From positions 62,001 to 126,000 of the forward strand of contig JAYWIR010000078.1 of NCBI GenBank assembly GCA_036172245.1: 64,000 bases of DNA, in the 5' to 3' direction. This DNA comes from Raillietiella orientalis. Lineage: Eukaryota. How positions within the stretch are numbered: the first letter of the stretch is position 1; every line of letters begins with the position of its first letter. Shown one piece after another: positions 35,701 through 49,620 of this stretch. A program made the translations under genes and the position numbers. The notes beneath the pieces were generated by a model. The model was given only the letters and a program-made list of their open reading frames with translations. It was not told where the DNA came from and ran no database searches.

Positions 35701-38700
35701 AATGGAAACGCAATTGGCTGGAAACGTCGAAAACGAAACGGATTTTCCGAGGAAGAGGACTTGAAATCAAATTGGTGCTTCGAAAAACACCGAGTAGTGA
35801 GATTTTCAGTACACTATGCGGTTCGGATCACTTTGACTGGAAATAAACTGCTTGATGACCAGCTTCAAGATGCATCGCAGCGGAGATCTCTCGACTTCCG
35901 AGTTGAGCTCAGTTTACTTCGAGCGATCATTCCACTTTTTGCACGTGAAACTCACAGTCTTCTCCCGCCAGATGACTACAAGGACCAAACATTGTCTTTT
36001 CTTTTGGATATTTTACGATAGCAAAGGCAACTCGAAGAACAGTACCGTGTGATGTTTAACAAGATATGATACACGGATGAATGGATGGAAGGTTGCGATA
36101 TTTGCTGCTAATGCTGCTAATTGTGCGTAAAAACTTAAACTGTACGTAAACATTCATCAGCAATTTCATGTATTTAAAAATTAAAGGTTGTATGCAAGAA
36201 TCCTTTAATTGGATTTGGAGGAGACACCGAACTTAAGTGGAGAATACCTTATGCATCTGAAAGCTTCGAGCTCTGAAATTTCCTCTTTACTTTTCTTTCC
36301 GTATCAGAGATTTTGCTTAATGATGACTTTTCGGAAGTGCCTGATAAATAACACGAAACAGCACACGGTACTGTTCTTCGAGTTGCCTTTGCTGGGTCAG
36401 TTCTGAAGGTTTAAATCTGTCGGCAAGAACCCGTAGATTTATTTCGAATAGGTTCGTCATTCTGCAAATACAGAAAACACAAAACCTCCTTATTCAAATA
36501 TTCGTTTTTCACCGAAAAAGAATCCTGAAATCACTATGCGAAGCCTGCCATAGCTCTCGGAGGAAAAGCTGAGAGCTTATGTACACTATCGGCAATCTCG
36601 TGGAAAAAAGTGCCAAAAGTGTTGGTCGGGATTTTACAGTAAAATGCCATCTTCATAATTAGCAGTATTAGCAGCAAATATCGCAACCTTCCATTCATTC
36701 ATCCGTGTATCGTATCTTGTTAAACATCCACTTAAAAAAAAAAAAAAAGCAAAAATCCACAATCTGAAGCCAAAAATGCCATTAAAACAAATCTTTAAAA
36801 ATGGAGAACGTAGCCATGCATACTTGGAATTTGTATAATGTGCCCAGATGGCTAGTCAGTTGCATGTGGGGAATCGCTAGCGACAGCCCACAAAACGTTG
36901 GTAACTAGAAAAGTGCGTCTGCGTCAGTTTCCTGAAGTCATCCTCCTGTGGGACATTTAACTGTAAAGTCGTAATTATTACAAGAAACAGCAGTGCAGTA
37001 GACTTTGGATCGGGAGAAATGGTCCTGGACTAAGTGGGCCTCGACAAAAGCTTGTGGCCTCTTTGTATTGCAAGACGAAATATAAAGAGGTAAGTAAGGG
37101 TCATTTGTTGCTCCCCTACTCTGGTTGTTTCCAAAAGCAACGCCCCCTGAGGGACAGTTGCGCAGTTTAGGTTTTCGCGGGTTATACAAAAGTTGGTCCA
37201 TACATTCCCAGAAGCTGAACAAAAATAATGAGAAAGCGAATTCCGTCACTTCTTCCTTTCTAGAGATTTGCGTTTTGTGCGTTTTCCGGTGGTAAAACGC
37301 ACAAATTTTTCGTAAGATTTGATCTTTGATAAAAGGAATCCCCTCTTCCTCCTCAAAAAACGAAAACAAAAGAAAAAACGGGACAATTCTTACTTAATTT
37401 CCATCGTAAACAGTTAGATATAGAACCAGAATCGAAATACTGCACTATTTCGTCACTGCTCCTGTCGGCAATGAAGAATTTCATGCCTGGAAACAAAACA
37501 GAATTCGACACTTTTCGAAACTGTATACAGCTGAATCTGTATACTAGAATCACAATTTTCTTGTCGCTCTGATGTCCAGATAGGAAGCACAAAAAAAAAA
37601 AAAAAAAAAAAGAGAGAGAGGGGAAAGAATCAAAGTAAAACAATAATAAATAAATACTTTTAGAGGAATTGAAAATACTTTTAGAGAAAACGGTTGCATC
37701 TTTCGCTACGTTTTCATTACAGCACGCGTACACGTATTTTGTTTTATTGCTCAGTTTGTCACATTTTCGCGCTACAGCCTTCATGAAATCCAAATCCAAA
37801 TTGATGCCTGAAGACTTCTACATATCATCAACCCTTTGAATACGCACACTGATTCAGTGGAAACGATAAAGATTCAACTTTCCCCTCAGGAATTGCAACT
37901 AAGCTGCCCTATCGATATGCATACCTATCGGTGCCCCCCCACCGAACATAGTTCAACGCAAGTTGTCCGTCGATATGCTTATGAAACAACAATTCGACCT
38001 TGAGAGACAACTCTGCTTTTGTAGGGAATCTGAAACATGATTTTCAGATGCCAGGGTGATGTCGAAAAGTCATTATCTTCAAGATTTCCAACTTTCTTGG
38101 GTACCAGCGCTTGAACTGCAGCGCCACAAAAAGAGGGGGGGAGGAGGAGGACAACGATAGGAAGAGCTCATGTTCTAATTTGGAGGAGGTCTCAATCCGG
38201 AATCCTGCAGGCATAGCTTGAGAAACTGCATGAGGAATAACCCAGAGGAGAGTCTACTTACAAAAATGGCCTAACCTTTTCGTGTGGAGCTGAAAGTAGC
38301 GCAAAAGCCAGGTTAGCACTTGGACCAGTTGTAGGCAAAGAAACAGACGGAAATGGAAGCATTTTGCTTCAAACATCAGCACACCAGCATCATTCATAGC
38401 GCACCACAACCACCGGCTCAGAAACTACTTCGGAAGAACACACTTGAAGTTCTATAACTTGCTGGCCCTGATAACAACCGAAGATGTATGTTATTTTGGC
38501 TCGAGGATGAAGCTCGTCTTAAATGTATAGCTTACAGGCATGATGAGATGGTCCACGTGAATGGGAAATGAGAAAGGAAAATTGGGGAGGGCCCTTCGTT
38601 ACCGTGGGCTTGTTCATAGTAGTCCAAGTCTTCGTGCAATGGATGTCACAAAAGCTTACAATGTTTTCAAGTATTAAAAGGCTTTCTGATCTCAGAAATG

Positions 38701-40665
38701 ATGCAGAAAGAATTCGAGAAAAAAGGAATGCGTTCCAGAAAGACGCAGTATTTCCCACCCTAACGTCAAAGGAACTTTCGAGACAGATGAAACATGGAAT
38801 TAGCGAGTCAATCGGCTAGCCACTTCGGTCTTCGGACTTTATAACGATGGTCTTCTTGTTAGAGCCCATCAAAAATGAGATTCATTCGACAGCGACGGAT
38901 GCGACAGGATTGAAGGACATCATTGCTGCATATGGGGCAAGAAATTAACTACCACTATGATGAGCGCCTCATTACTTCCAGTGGCTACGTCGAACGATTC
39001 AAGAGATGGGCAACTTGATGCTTCTCACTGTTTTCCAGAGCTTCCTACTTCACGAGTTTTAATATTCAAAAGATCACAGCACAAGCCTCGAAAGCACTGG
39101 CGTACCTTGATGTTTTTATTTAGGGTGGAGTTTTAAGCGAATTTTATTTCTGAATTCGCCTTTCATTTTTGCTGAAATCGTTATTTTTTTAACCTGTCAC
39201 AACTATATATATATATTAAAAAAAAATGAATCATTGCAACGAATGGTATTTTTGCCTTATGAATTAATTTTTATCAGAATGAAGTGTGCTGAAGCTTCTT
39301 CTATTACTTTGAACTATGCTTCTATCGGCTATAACCCTCACTCCATAGAGCACTCACGCATGCGTTCGATGGCTTTCAAAAAGTCCTATAAAGTGTTTAA
39401 GAAAAATGTTACTACATTCTCTTTTCAAGACATCAAAAGCGTATGCATAATCCTTCTACATTCATTACTTATATTCTCAACGGCTGAGATCAAAACATTG
39501 GCACAAAAAGCCGATAGGGTTTTGTCTATAACATATGTTAACAGCGATTGTTTAGCGGATACGATCCTCTTCTTGGGCTCGCTGTGTTGTGATCGTCCAT
39601 CATGAAAAAAACAGCAAATACGGATATGTTAATCTGGTTCCATATAATTTGAACGCGAGGTTAGAAAATGAATTGCTTTCCCAACCAATTTCATTTCTTC
39701 GGATTCTTAACAACTGTCGAAGGAGAGCGCGTTCCGGTTGCTGCTTGTTGTAAACCAGAGTTGCCAGAAGACAAATGAAGCGGCTTACCTTTCTATATAT
39801 GACTTCGATGCACATGACTTCGATGAAACGAAATTGAAAACAGAAGAGAGAGAGAGGAGAGAAGAGATAGAATGAAGCAGACGAAAAAAACTTGGTGCAA
39901 AATGAAGACCAAATTTATTAGAAGAATGAACTTGAATTTCTCAAGAGTATAGGGAAGTTTTCCATCAGTACGAATGTACATCAACACCTCTATTCTTCAG
40001 AAAGTAGCAGCTTTGCCAACAGTTAAACTAATGTAAGCAATATGTGAAATAAAATCACATCTTTGAGCTCATACTGTGATCACTGTGTGATGTTTTTTCT
40101 CCCCCCGAATGACTCTAGAATTCAAAAGTACAGGATTTCTTCGTGAATTTCTTCAGACACGCACAGACAAGCTGAATGAGGTAGCTTCGTTTTCCCTATT
40201 CCAATAGCAAAATCTACCGCTGACCACAGAGCATGCAAAAAGCTGCATGTGTAAAAAAAAAAAAATTCGGATTTTTGTAAGTATATGCACTTTTAATCTT
40301 CTTAACAGAATATATCCGGCATTCCTAATATGAACGTACATGGACTCGAATATATTTTTTCTTAAAGAATACGAATCGAAAATAGAATATTACTATAAAC
40401 ATTACAAACATTTGAAGTTTAGGTACTAACTCACTGTCTGCGTTCAATCGTTGGCCAATTAAATAGAATATCTGACAGAATATGTGTGATAAAGAAGATT
40501 CGCTGCTCATCGTTTCTTTCATGTAGCTTTGCATGATTCTTTGATTGCTTATGCTATGAAGAGGGAAGAGATCTGAACTCCTGTTCTCGACGATCGACGT
40601 CGATTTCATTTCCAAACTTTGCTCGGTTGCGAGAACATATTCCTGCTTTTTCTTTAGCCAAAACT
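29786..40665 (-). CDS. PDE10A: GAF-domain cyclic nucleotide phosphodiesterase, PDE10A-like, multi-exon
   Basis: Catalytic motifs [45 protein letters not shown] and EFYQQGDME. GAF motifs [10 protein letters not shown] and [32 protein letters not shown]-terminal exons at ~37400-37490 and ~40430-40665; a possible first exon at ~43364-43420 is uncertain. Confidence 0.85.
34893..36728. repeat. Compound inverted-repeat structure in a PDE intron
   Basis: 34893-35146 is the reverse complement of 36397-36652 (few mismatches), 36020-36051 of 36362-36393, and 36051-36122 of ~36657-36728. Confidence 0.9.
38150..38950 (+). mobile_element. Tc1/mariner-family transposase relic in a PDE intron
   Basis: In order: WLEDEARL (cf. 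FSDE.RF), WGGPFVTVG (cf. GG.VMVWG), [14 protein letters not shown] (cf. FQQDNAP.HTSK), G*PLRSSDF (cf. WP.RSPDL). No TIRs found. Confidence 0.55.
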
Positions 40666-43600
40666 GCAAACAAACAAACATATACGTATACATAAGAATT
40701 TCAAATTTATGAACGGTGCTTTCACTTTGATAATGAAATACAGATGACCCATACATGATGCTGTCGCTATCTGATTCTGTGCATCTCAATAATCTCTTGA
40801 CCCAACATGAATCACAAGGAGGATTTATTTATAATTTATCAAACCATCATCATATTTGGGATAAATGTCATCGGAAAATACGATACACATTTGGAGAATC
40901 TGTTTTTATTTTAACGTATGTAATTGATTCGAATGTATTTGTATGCATATATGGATATATTCAAGTAAACGGAATATAAAGAAAAAAAAATATGATAAAG
41001 AAAACATTGGATAATCTGCATTCTCAAATATCCAAACCGCCTCTAAGACAAAAAACAATCGCACTTTCATGAACAATCTGAAACAACGTCAAATACTTGT
41101 TTGAAATTTAGATGCTAATTATGCAACTCTCACCGTTTATAGACCTAGAGAAAGGTTTCCTTCCTACAAACTCTAGCATCTTACCCTTGGGAAAGATATT
41201 TGTTGATAGTGCGCAGATCCAAGACTCCGAGGTAGCACGTGCAAGAAACATGAAATCTTGAGGGCATTGAAACACCAATATGGTATTAAGCACATAAAAA
41301 CTACTACTATGTATATGAGGTAAGAGTAAGAGATCGCGAAACTGTTTCCAGAACTTCCATTACTAGCAAGATAGCAAGAAAAACCGTGCATTATTGCTGA
41401 CTAACCATGTAGATGAATCCTATACTTGTCTTTCTATTCCTTATTTGCAGGGCATCAGTAAACCACTGATTGCTCGAGAATTACTTACACATCTGTTTCT
41501 TATAAAAAAAAAAAAGGCCACTTAAGCGGTTTGATTCCAAGTGCTGACTATAACAGATTAACCATCCTGATATGGGCGCAGTATATTTTGGAGTGCAATA
41601 GTTGCCTACTAATCTCTATCCTCAGCGACAGATATAGCAAAGAGTATACCAGAATGAAAGACTACTTTGCAATTAGTAATTCTTCAACTGGATGTGACTG
41701 AAGAGGAAACTGTTCATACCGATGGAAAGACACCCATAACTACGAATTCGCGATACATGCGCACGTAGGGATTTGCCGCAAACTTCAAGGATTGCCATTT
41801 AATCTGCAAAAATGCATAAAATTCACAATTTTGAACTTGAATGCATAGAATTCACAGAGCATTTTAAAGAATTCTCTCCTCCTGCGCTGAGAAAATTGAA
41901 GACTTTGTATGCTGTGAATGCCTGAAAAAATATACATCGGCTGCCATTGCGCATGATTTAAAAAAAAAAAAAAAAAAGTGTGTCTGCTAAAAAATTTTTT
42001 CCCATGTCTTGAGTCTGCACAAATGAATTTTTCTGAATACCACCGACGTTCTCTTTTCTATGACGTGATTGATATTCCTCAAAGTTTTGATCCCATTTCG
42101 CCCCCTCCCCTCTCTTCCCCTGAAGAATGACTTTCAGTTTAAAAAAAAAAAAGTTGCTGATGTAATTAGTTTGCAAGTGATACTCAGTAGAAATTTTTTT
42201 TGTGTGGAAATATCGATAAGATATTAATTCTATTGAAAACGTTGCTTCGAGTGTACGCACATAAAGCGGATAGCTTTCTATTTGATAAGGCAAGTATATC
42301 ATCACCTGTATTGTCTTCTCTGGTACCCTCGTTATCACAAAGTCTTCCATAAATAGTGGGTTGAGTGTGAGGAAGAGTCGAATGTCCGCAAGATTTCCAT
42401 CTAAAGCGAAACCGTTAGCTGACTGCCAAAGATGAAATACATACGGTTGGGACACGCATACGCTTTCAGAATGTACATCGAATACAATGAATGGAAAGCC
42501 TTGCACCGTTCATTTTTAGCGTGATCGTGGGCGAGAGGTTCCTCTTGACTCTCGACAGTTCAACTTAAGGGATGTCCTACCTGCTTTCCCCTCAGAGCTG
42601 GTCCCATCAGCCAGCGCCAACGTACGCCCATGCAACAGGGTCCCTTTGGTGATGGATTTTTTGAAAGACAAAATCGCAGAAGTCGAGATCGAAGCGTCAG
42701 CAACGGTCTGAACAAAATATATCAAATAAACACGGCTGTTTGCATTTAAAGAGCAGGTGAAGTGCATGAATCACGAGAAAAAGCACACGTGGGAAAGTGA
42801 ATGCCTAGCTCTGTGGTCAGGAGCAACCACGAGCTCACTTTCGCCGAGGGTCTTCCTCAGGGATTTCTTGGATTCGTTCTCGAACCTGAGTTTCCCAACC
42901 TTTACACGAGTTCACCGGAGCGCCATCCCCGATCAGATTTACACCAAAGCTACTTTGAACTGATAGTTACAAGATATAAAATGAAACCTGCAAATAATTT
43001 CCCGTCTGTCACAGTCCTTCATGAATTTTAGGAAAACTTTCTAGCCACTGTGAAAGCTAGACATGAAGCTAAACTTGGTGGCTCATAAGTACAAAGTGTG
43101 TTACTACCTACATGGAAACTGCAATGATATGAATCTGCTTTCCATTATCATTAATCTAATTCAAATGTCTTTCATGAAACCAGCAAAAACACATCAGGCT
43201 GTGCACCACGAATCACGAAAGCTTCCGGAAAGTTCATCGCTATTTGAGAAATGCTTAGGCAATAACCCAAGTTATTACGTAAAACTAGCACCCCCATGAA
43301 CAAATATATGTGCTTTGAAGTTATCAGAGAATTTACATATTATAATTACTAATGAAATCTTACTTCATCATCACGTTCATCTTTTGCATGTGCCACTGTC
43401 CTTGCAGGATCTTCTTCCATGTCTGTTAAAACTTTTAGTCGTAAACGTGAATTAAAACGATATAAATTTGGAAATTTTGCTATTTAACATCTACCAATGC
43501 TAATTTTACATGAGAAAAATTACAAACACTTCAAACTAGGTTAAAAAAATGAATAAATAAAGCATAACTTGACATCAAGACAAATGGGAATCCGCTCAGA

Positions 43601-46600
43601 GAGTCTTATTTTCCCTTATCAAATTTTCTCATTCATGAAAACCTTAAATCCAGCTGTGGCAATGCGAAATTATTTATACACTGCCGATATGGCATTTGTC
43701 TTTAACTGAACTTGGATCGAGTGTCAGGGAGCATCTGTATACGAAACTAATAAGCGGAAGGAGATTGGAATTTTTCTCTCAAAATTACATAACATGCACT
43801 GGATACGGTATTTCTCCGTAAAGGAACTTACACTCTAAAGGACTCCAGAGGCTTCATAACACACATTCTTTAAACATATCTCTAACAACCAAAGTAGATT
43901 ATGGCTTTGTTTCTTTTCATTGGTCCAGCAACCTGCACTACAATCTTCCTTGTAAGTTTCTATGTTTGCAGTCATCTTTTATCTGTGATTTTCTGTGTAT
44001 TACTTTTTAAGGTTGTCTAAAAAAGCATGTGTATGGTTCTTGATTTTCAGTGCTCCTTCCATATGAAACCATAATAGTTAACTTCAGCTGATGTTTTCTT
44101 GCATTACATTGTGTTAAAAGTGAATTTGTGATCTCTGCAAAGTCAAATAAGGGAAAATCTTGAGAAAAGATTTCACAATGAACTTTTAACATATGACTGT
44201 TTCATGGAAATATTCAAAGATTTTGCTTTACATTCTATTCATAATAGCATCATGTATTCCAGATGGGAATAAACCTCAGATAATATCCACTTTTGAGAGT
44301 AATTTCTGATTGCCCAAATTTTCTTCCATGCAGAAAGCACCCAGATGCAAATACAAAGACTACGCAGACGAGTTGCACCAACTGCTAGAACTCATTCAAT
44401 GAGGAAATCATTTGCTTTCTCGTTTTATAAAACTGTAAACTAAACTGTAATCTCGTTTTGAACATTTTTATGTAAACAACCTTGTTTTTTATGTTGATTT
44501 AAAATGTAAGGCATTTGTGAAGGCTCAAGATACTTTGTCAGGCAATAAGTTTATTGATTAGATTGATGAGTTTTGTTCCCTTTTCTGCATACATAAATCG
44601 TATTTTTTATGCTACTCTTCATCATTCAAATGATGTCTGCATTTACATTTATATTTTATCATTAGCATTCTTATTTTGGCTGACAAATTACTTTCAAAAT
44701 GCTCATTTGGCATAGATATTCACAGTATCACGTTTGTTGAATGCTTTTCAATCCCTTATGGATTTTATGATTTCATTGTCTGTGGCTTATTTTGTCTGAT
44801 AGTTAGCAAATTCCTCAAATCACAAATGAACGGTATGCAAATTCGAAAGTGGTCTAGTTCCTTAAAGCTTGCTCAATTCCTTGTACAAGCAAACCATGTT
44901 AATCAGCAAAATATTGAAGACTTCATATTTTTAAATACAGGAAGAGAAGTTTCTGGATAACACTAACATATTTAGAGTATGTTTTCCTAATTCATTATGC
45001 TTCCAAAATTTCAAAACTTCAAAATAATGCATTCCAAACTTTAGTTTAATACATCTTAATCATCAGAAAGCTTAGAAAATTTTCACATACGGAAATATAT
45101 AATATAATATACAATTTTCACTACTCTTAGTAGGATTAGAAAACTAACTTTTTTATCAAGTTTTACAAACGACAAAAAAATGAATCAAATTAAGTATGAA
45201 AAATTGCGGTGTTTTATATCACAATCTTAGGCATACCAACTTTCCTGCCATTTGAAAATCATTCGAAAAATTAATTATATTTGTAGATATCAAGTAATTA
45301 TAAAGTCGGTATGTAGGTTCAGGAAAGTCTATGCATTCTGCGCATTCCATTGCTTTGCGGCATGTGAAAAAACTACCTCTATACAATAAATTCGTATGTA
45401 TGAATTGATAAATAACCCATGCTAATTATGAAATGATTTTTTGCTTTCGGCTAACAAGTTAAAGAGTTTAAAATAATTTTCATGATATGTATTGCAAGTA
45501 CTATAGCGGTATTGGCTACTCAACGTCAAACTCTAATCCTTCACACAGCAGAATGAAAATTACACAGAAATAATGCTCAAATAGAAATTCGGCACAAACT
45601 TCTGTTTTACAGAAATCTCTTTCAACACTTATTAATCAAATTCCTCCATACTACTCAATGTGACCAGACTTCAAGAGATTCTGAGAATGGAAGAACGAAA
45701 CCGTAATTCCAAGGAATGAAGGAGTACCATTAACCCCGCAAAAATTAGATTTTATTCTAGATTCATGTATGCAAACTGGTGGATGTTTCAGGAGAGAAAA
45801 ACATCTCGTTAAATACGAATGAAATTAATAATGCACATCAAAGAAGATTACATATGAATGCGAAAAAAAAATGTGTGAGGCATTTTTTTTTTTTTTTTTT
45901 CAGGAACAGTTCAAAGCATTTGATATACAGTACTTAGAGGAGCATTAAAACAATTGCTCCTACGATAGTAATCCAGGAAGTCTTTCAACTGATCTAGTCA
46001 TGAAAATAGAAATTAGTTCAGTTAATGTAGTCTTGAAGAATAAGATGAAATCATCCATTTTCAAGGGTGTAATCCTATGAGCTACAAGAAAGAAGGAATC
46101 CTGTTATTTATTAATAAAATGTAAAAACCACCTATTTCTTGGTACTTATGAAAATATATTCAGATGCTTCAAGCATCACTCCAAAGTTTTAAATTTAAGA
46201 TACGCGTCGATATCTTGAATGGTTTCGTAATTGCTTGCTTTTAAATACTAGGATGATGATTCCACGGATTCAAGTGCTAAAAATAGCATATCATGTTTAA
46301 ACAGCGTATCTTATAGGCCAGGTGCTGCCTATGACAAAGACAATATCAGTTTTTCAACATAATTATTTGCTTTTCTCAGTTTAGTACTTTGAGGATATCC
46401 GTTCTTTTTCGATTATTAGTTTCTCAAATGGAGAAAAATTCCAGAAAAGACAGAGTCGTTGACTAATCTTGATTTTCCAGATGAGCTAAATCACACTGTA
46501 ATGGCTTGTCACATTTATGGTTTGTATGTTTAGAAATGATACCGATCCTGTTTTGCACTCAAAAAGTTTAATGGTTGTAGTTCTTCAAAATTACAGCATC

Positions 46601-48499
46601 ACTTAACCTCAAACAAAATATCGAATTAACCTCCCAAAATTACTTTTGATATGACATTTGAAACATATGATGCGAAAAGTAGAGTGCTTAAAGTAATGAT
46701 TAAAATAATTTCTGCTGACAATAGTATAGTTTTTTGCAACTGTTTTTGTTCTTAGTAGATTTCTTGGATTTTCAATTATCAAGTGAGGTATTTTCATTCT
46801 TAACTCACATATTATCCAATATGCAAGCATTTGTTTTGAAGGTCCAAGTTTCACGAGAACTTAGGTGACAATTGTCCTATGTAACAGTACAGAAAACAAA
46901 GTTAATACAAATCTTTTTTGTCTAATTGTGAAGAAAGGAAGATAATTCACAACTATGCAGTTCGTAGTTTTGAAAATCATCGATGTTGAATAGGCTACAA
47001 AATCTGCGTATGTGCATCTTTAATGAGTCAAAGATTTTAGATCTTTCAACATTTTTGTATTATTTACTATTTCCATGCAAGCATTTTTTCTGATAAATTT
47101 GAAGAAAACAGCTTCTTTACAGTGTAATCAAAAATTGCCTAGCTTTTTCGGAGAGAAAATATTTTCAGAAAATATAGGAGAAGAAAGACTTCTTTAAAAA
47201 TCATTTTTTTAATAAAAAAGACAAGGAGAGTCATCTACGCAAAGACAGTATAATTATTGAGCTCATTCTGAGTTAACTGCTTGGAAATCATTATATGAAC
47301 TCCAACTAACAGGTAATCTGAGTCAGATGGGGAAATAGACTGATTATCGCTAGTTTAATTTTTGACTGATACAGAATACCGTGAATACTTCATTCTTCCT
47401 ATCACCAGATTTCTACATACAAAAAAAATATAACATGAAATTCATTTCGCATCATCTCTTAGATCTGTACTGTGGTTGAATTATATTGTAATTGACATTA
47501 AAATTATGAGAAAAAGTACTTCAATCTAATGAAGCATGAAAATGCTTTTCGTTTCGTTCCTTTTTTGATGAAATTCTACTGTAAAGAACTGAGCAGTGCT
47601 TTTATAGCTAATTTATCTAAAATATGTGCAGAAACTTTATCATTTGACTAGATTAATAGTTTTGTTCAGTTACTTTTCATTTTATGTATTTTGCTTTTGT
47701 TCTTTTAATTTTTAACAATGGTTGCATATCACTGACTCCGAGCCATGTGAATTCTAAGCTACCACAGTTGCTGAAATTTCCCGTTGTAGGTCATTAAATA
47801 GCATTGGAATATACTATATTTGATACCGGTCTACATTTCAATGCCTTTTTTCCCCAATAACTTCTAGGAGTAATGTTAAAAAATCTCATCAATAAATAAT
47901 ATCTACTGTGATTTATACAGCTAAATATTTGGCAGCTTTGTGGTGGAAATTATGATTAAGATTTAAGGCTTATTGCGTTTCAAACGAAATAAAAGCAGAA
48001 ATGTTCTGTCTCTGAGATTTGGAATTCCGATTATTGATTTCTTTTTATATTACACAGTACTTTTTAGTTTCACTTAAGTAATCGAGTGATCATACAGAAT
48101 GATTTCACTTCGACAGTGGTAACGCGCACTGCTGCTTTCAAATTTTCCATGGAGCTCCTTGGTATTTCCAGCAGAAGTGTCCGTGTGCTTTTTGCGATTT
48201 TCATTGATTTCCAATAAAACAAGCTACTAAAATACATTATTTTTAGATAAATAACAATATCTGAACTTCGATGCATGTTGAGAAATTTTATTCAATTATT
48301 GTTTACATCTGGTCACGCCTGGGCATTTCTTGTAAAATGCATTTACATAAATAGGCATGGTTTGAGACAAAAAATCGTTCATAATTGGCTTAGAGATCCC
48401 ACTACGTCGATGTGGGTTTGGGAAGTGTTTCTGCTTGCAAACAAATTCCTTATAGAAGTTCACAAAAGGAAAGCAGGAAGAAGGGAGAGAAAATGAATA

Positions 48500-49620
48500 A
48501 GGAACATGAAAATTTTCTCAGACAAAAACTATGGGGAGAAAAAGAAACGATCATAGAAAACACCCTGGCATTCTCAGTATCCTCTCGAGGATGTAGCCAA
48601 GTTTCTCCTTGTAATACTGCAGGTGCGGTCACCTCGCCTTGATTCTCAAAAACGGAATGATTCTGGGATGGCCATTCTAGCCCCTTTCGGCATGGCTTCT
48701 CGTTGCCATGACACTGCAGAGGCAGCATACGGTAAATGAGATTGTGCCACGCACTAAGAGAAGTCTCAACACGAGTTGTTTATCGGGGGTTGTTCAACTA
48801 TTTCAAAATGTCCTCATACACTCCAGTGGATAACTACCTAAGTAACCGGTATAGGAATGTCTGTTTCATCGCACCTGCAGCCGTTCGGGCCACCTTTGGT
48901 CCAGTAGTGTCAGCGTGTACATTCATGATCGCATCGCGCTAAAGAGAGTGCAGGTAGAAAAGAAGAGTTCACTGGAGCCCAAGCGCTCCAGGAGCTCCAG
49001 ATGGAGTCCCTGGTTGTCGAACACCTTTTTGAGATCTAGTCTTTTGCAGCCGAAATCAGGTCTCTGCAAAGAACAGGTTGTTTTCTGTGCCCCCTCCGGG
49101 AGCAGCACAGGACTTCTCCAGGCTGATGATGCAACCTTCCCTAGACTCATGGCCCACAGTGTCGAGAGCAACCTGACCTCGGGGGGGTCCTTAACTGTAG
49201 TGTTTGTAAAGGATCACTTTGTCAGATTCCTCATTATTGCAGCATTGAAGCTTCTTTCCTGCTTACGAGCCTTCTTATTGTTCCGAGCCTCCACGATCCT
49301 TCTGAGGCAATACAAGTTTGCAATTGGGAGAGCAGACGGAAGTGTTTTTACACGCTCCGGTTACCACAGTCCAACAACAAGTGCGTAGAAGTCTCAGTTT
49401 CTCTGCAGCTGGCGCAGTTCGGAAAGCGTTCTTTCGTCCAGTGATGCCGTCGCTGGTTGCCTGGACTGATCACGGATTCGGCCACCTGTCCCAGGAGTTC
49501 AGCCAACAACTTGGTCAGCAAATTGGAATCTGCGTTTACCACGATAACCGGACTCTAGTTGCCAAGCTGGCGCAAGTCTCCTCTTGAAGGGTGCTTTGAT
49601 CTGGAGCTTCTTAAAGAGAT
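48500..49620 (-). mobile_element. Internally deleted, rearranged L1/Tx1 ORF2 remnants
   Basis: VNADSNLLTKLLAELLGQVAESVISP (early RT) is fused to CASCRETETSTHLLLDC (C-terminal finger). Downstream lies LDLKKVFD..ELLERLG (RT). Confidence 0.7.

Noticed and set aside
42200..42960. Possible LINE 3' fragment (IHCIRC..E..H on the minus strand)
   Set aside because: A single weak motif across frames; too little to call.
43500..48400. Short ORFs in the AT-rich interval
   Set aside because: No recognisable domains or consistent exon chain; a diverged gene cannot be excluded without RNA data.
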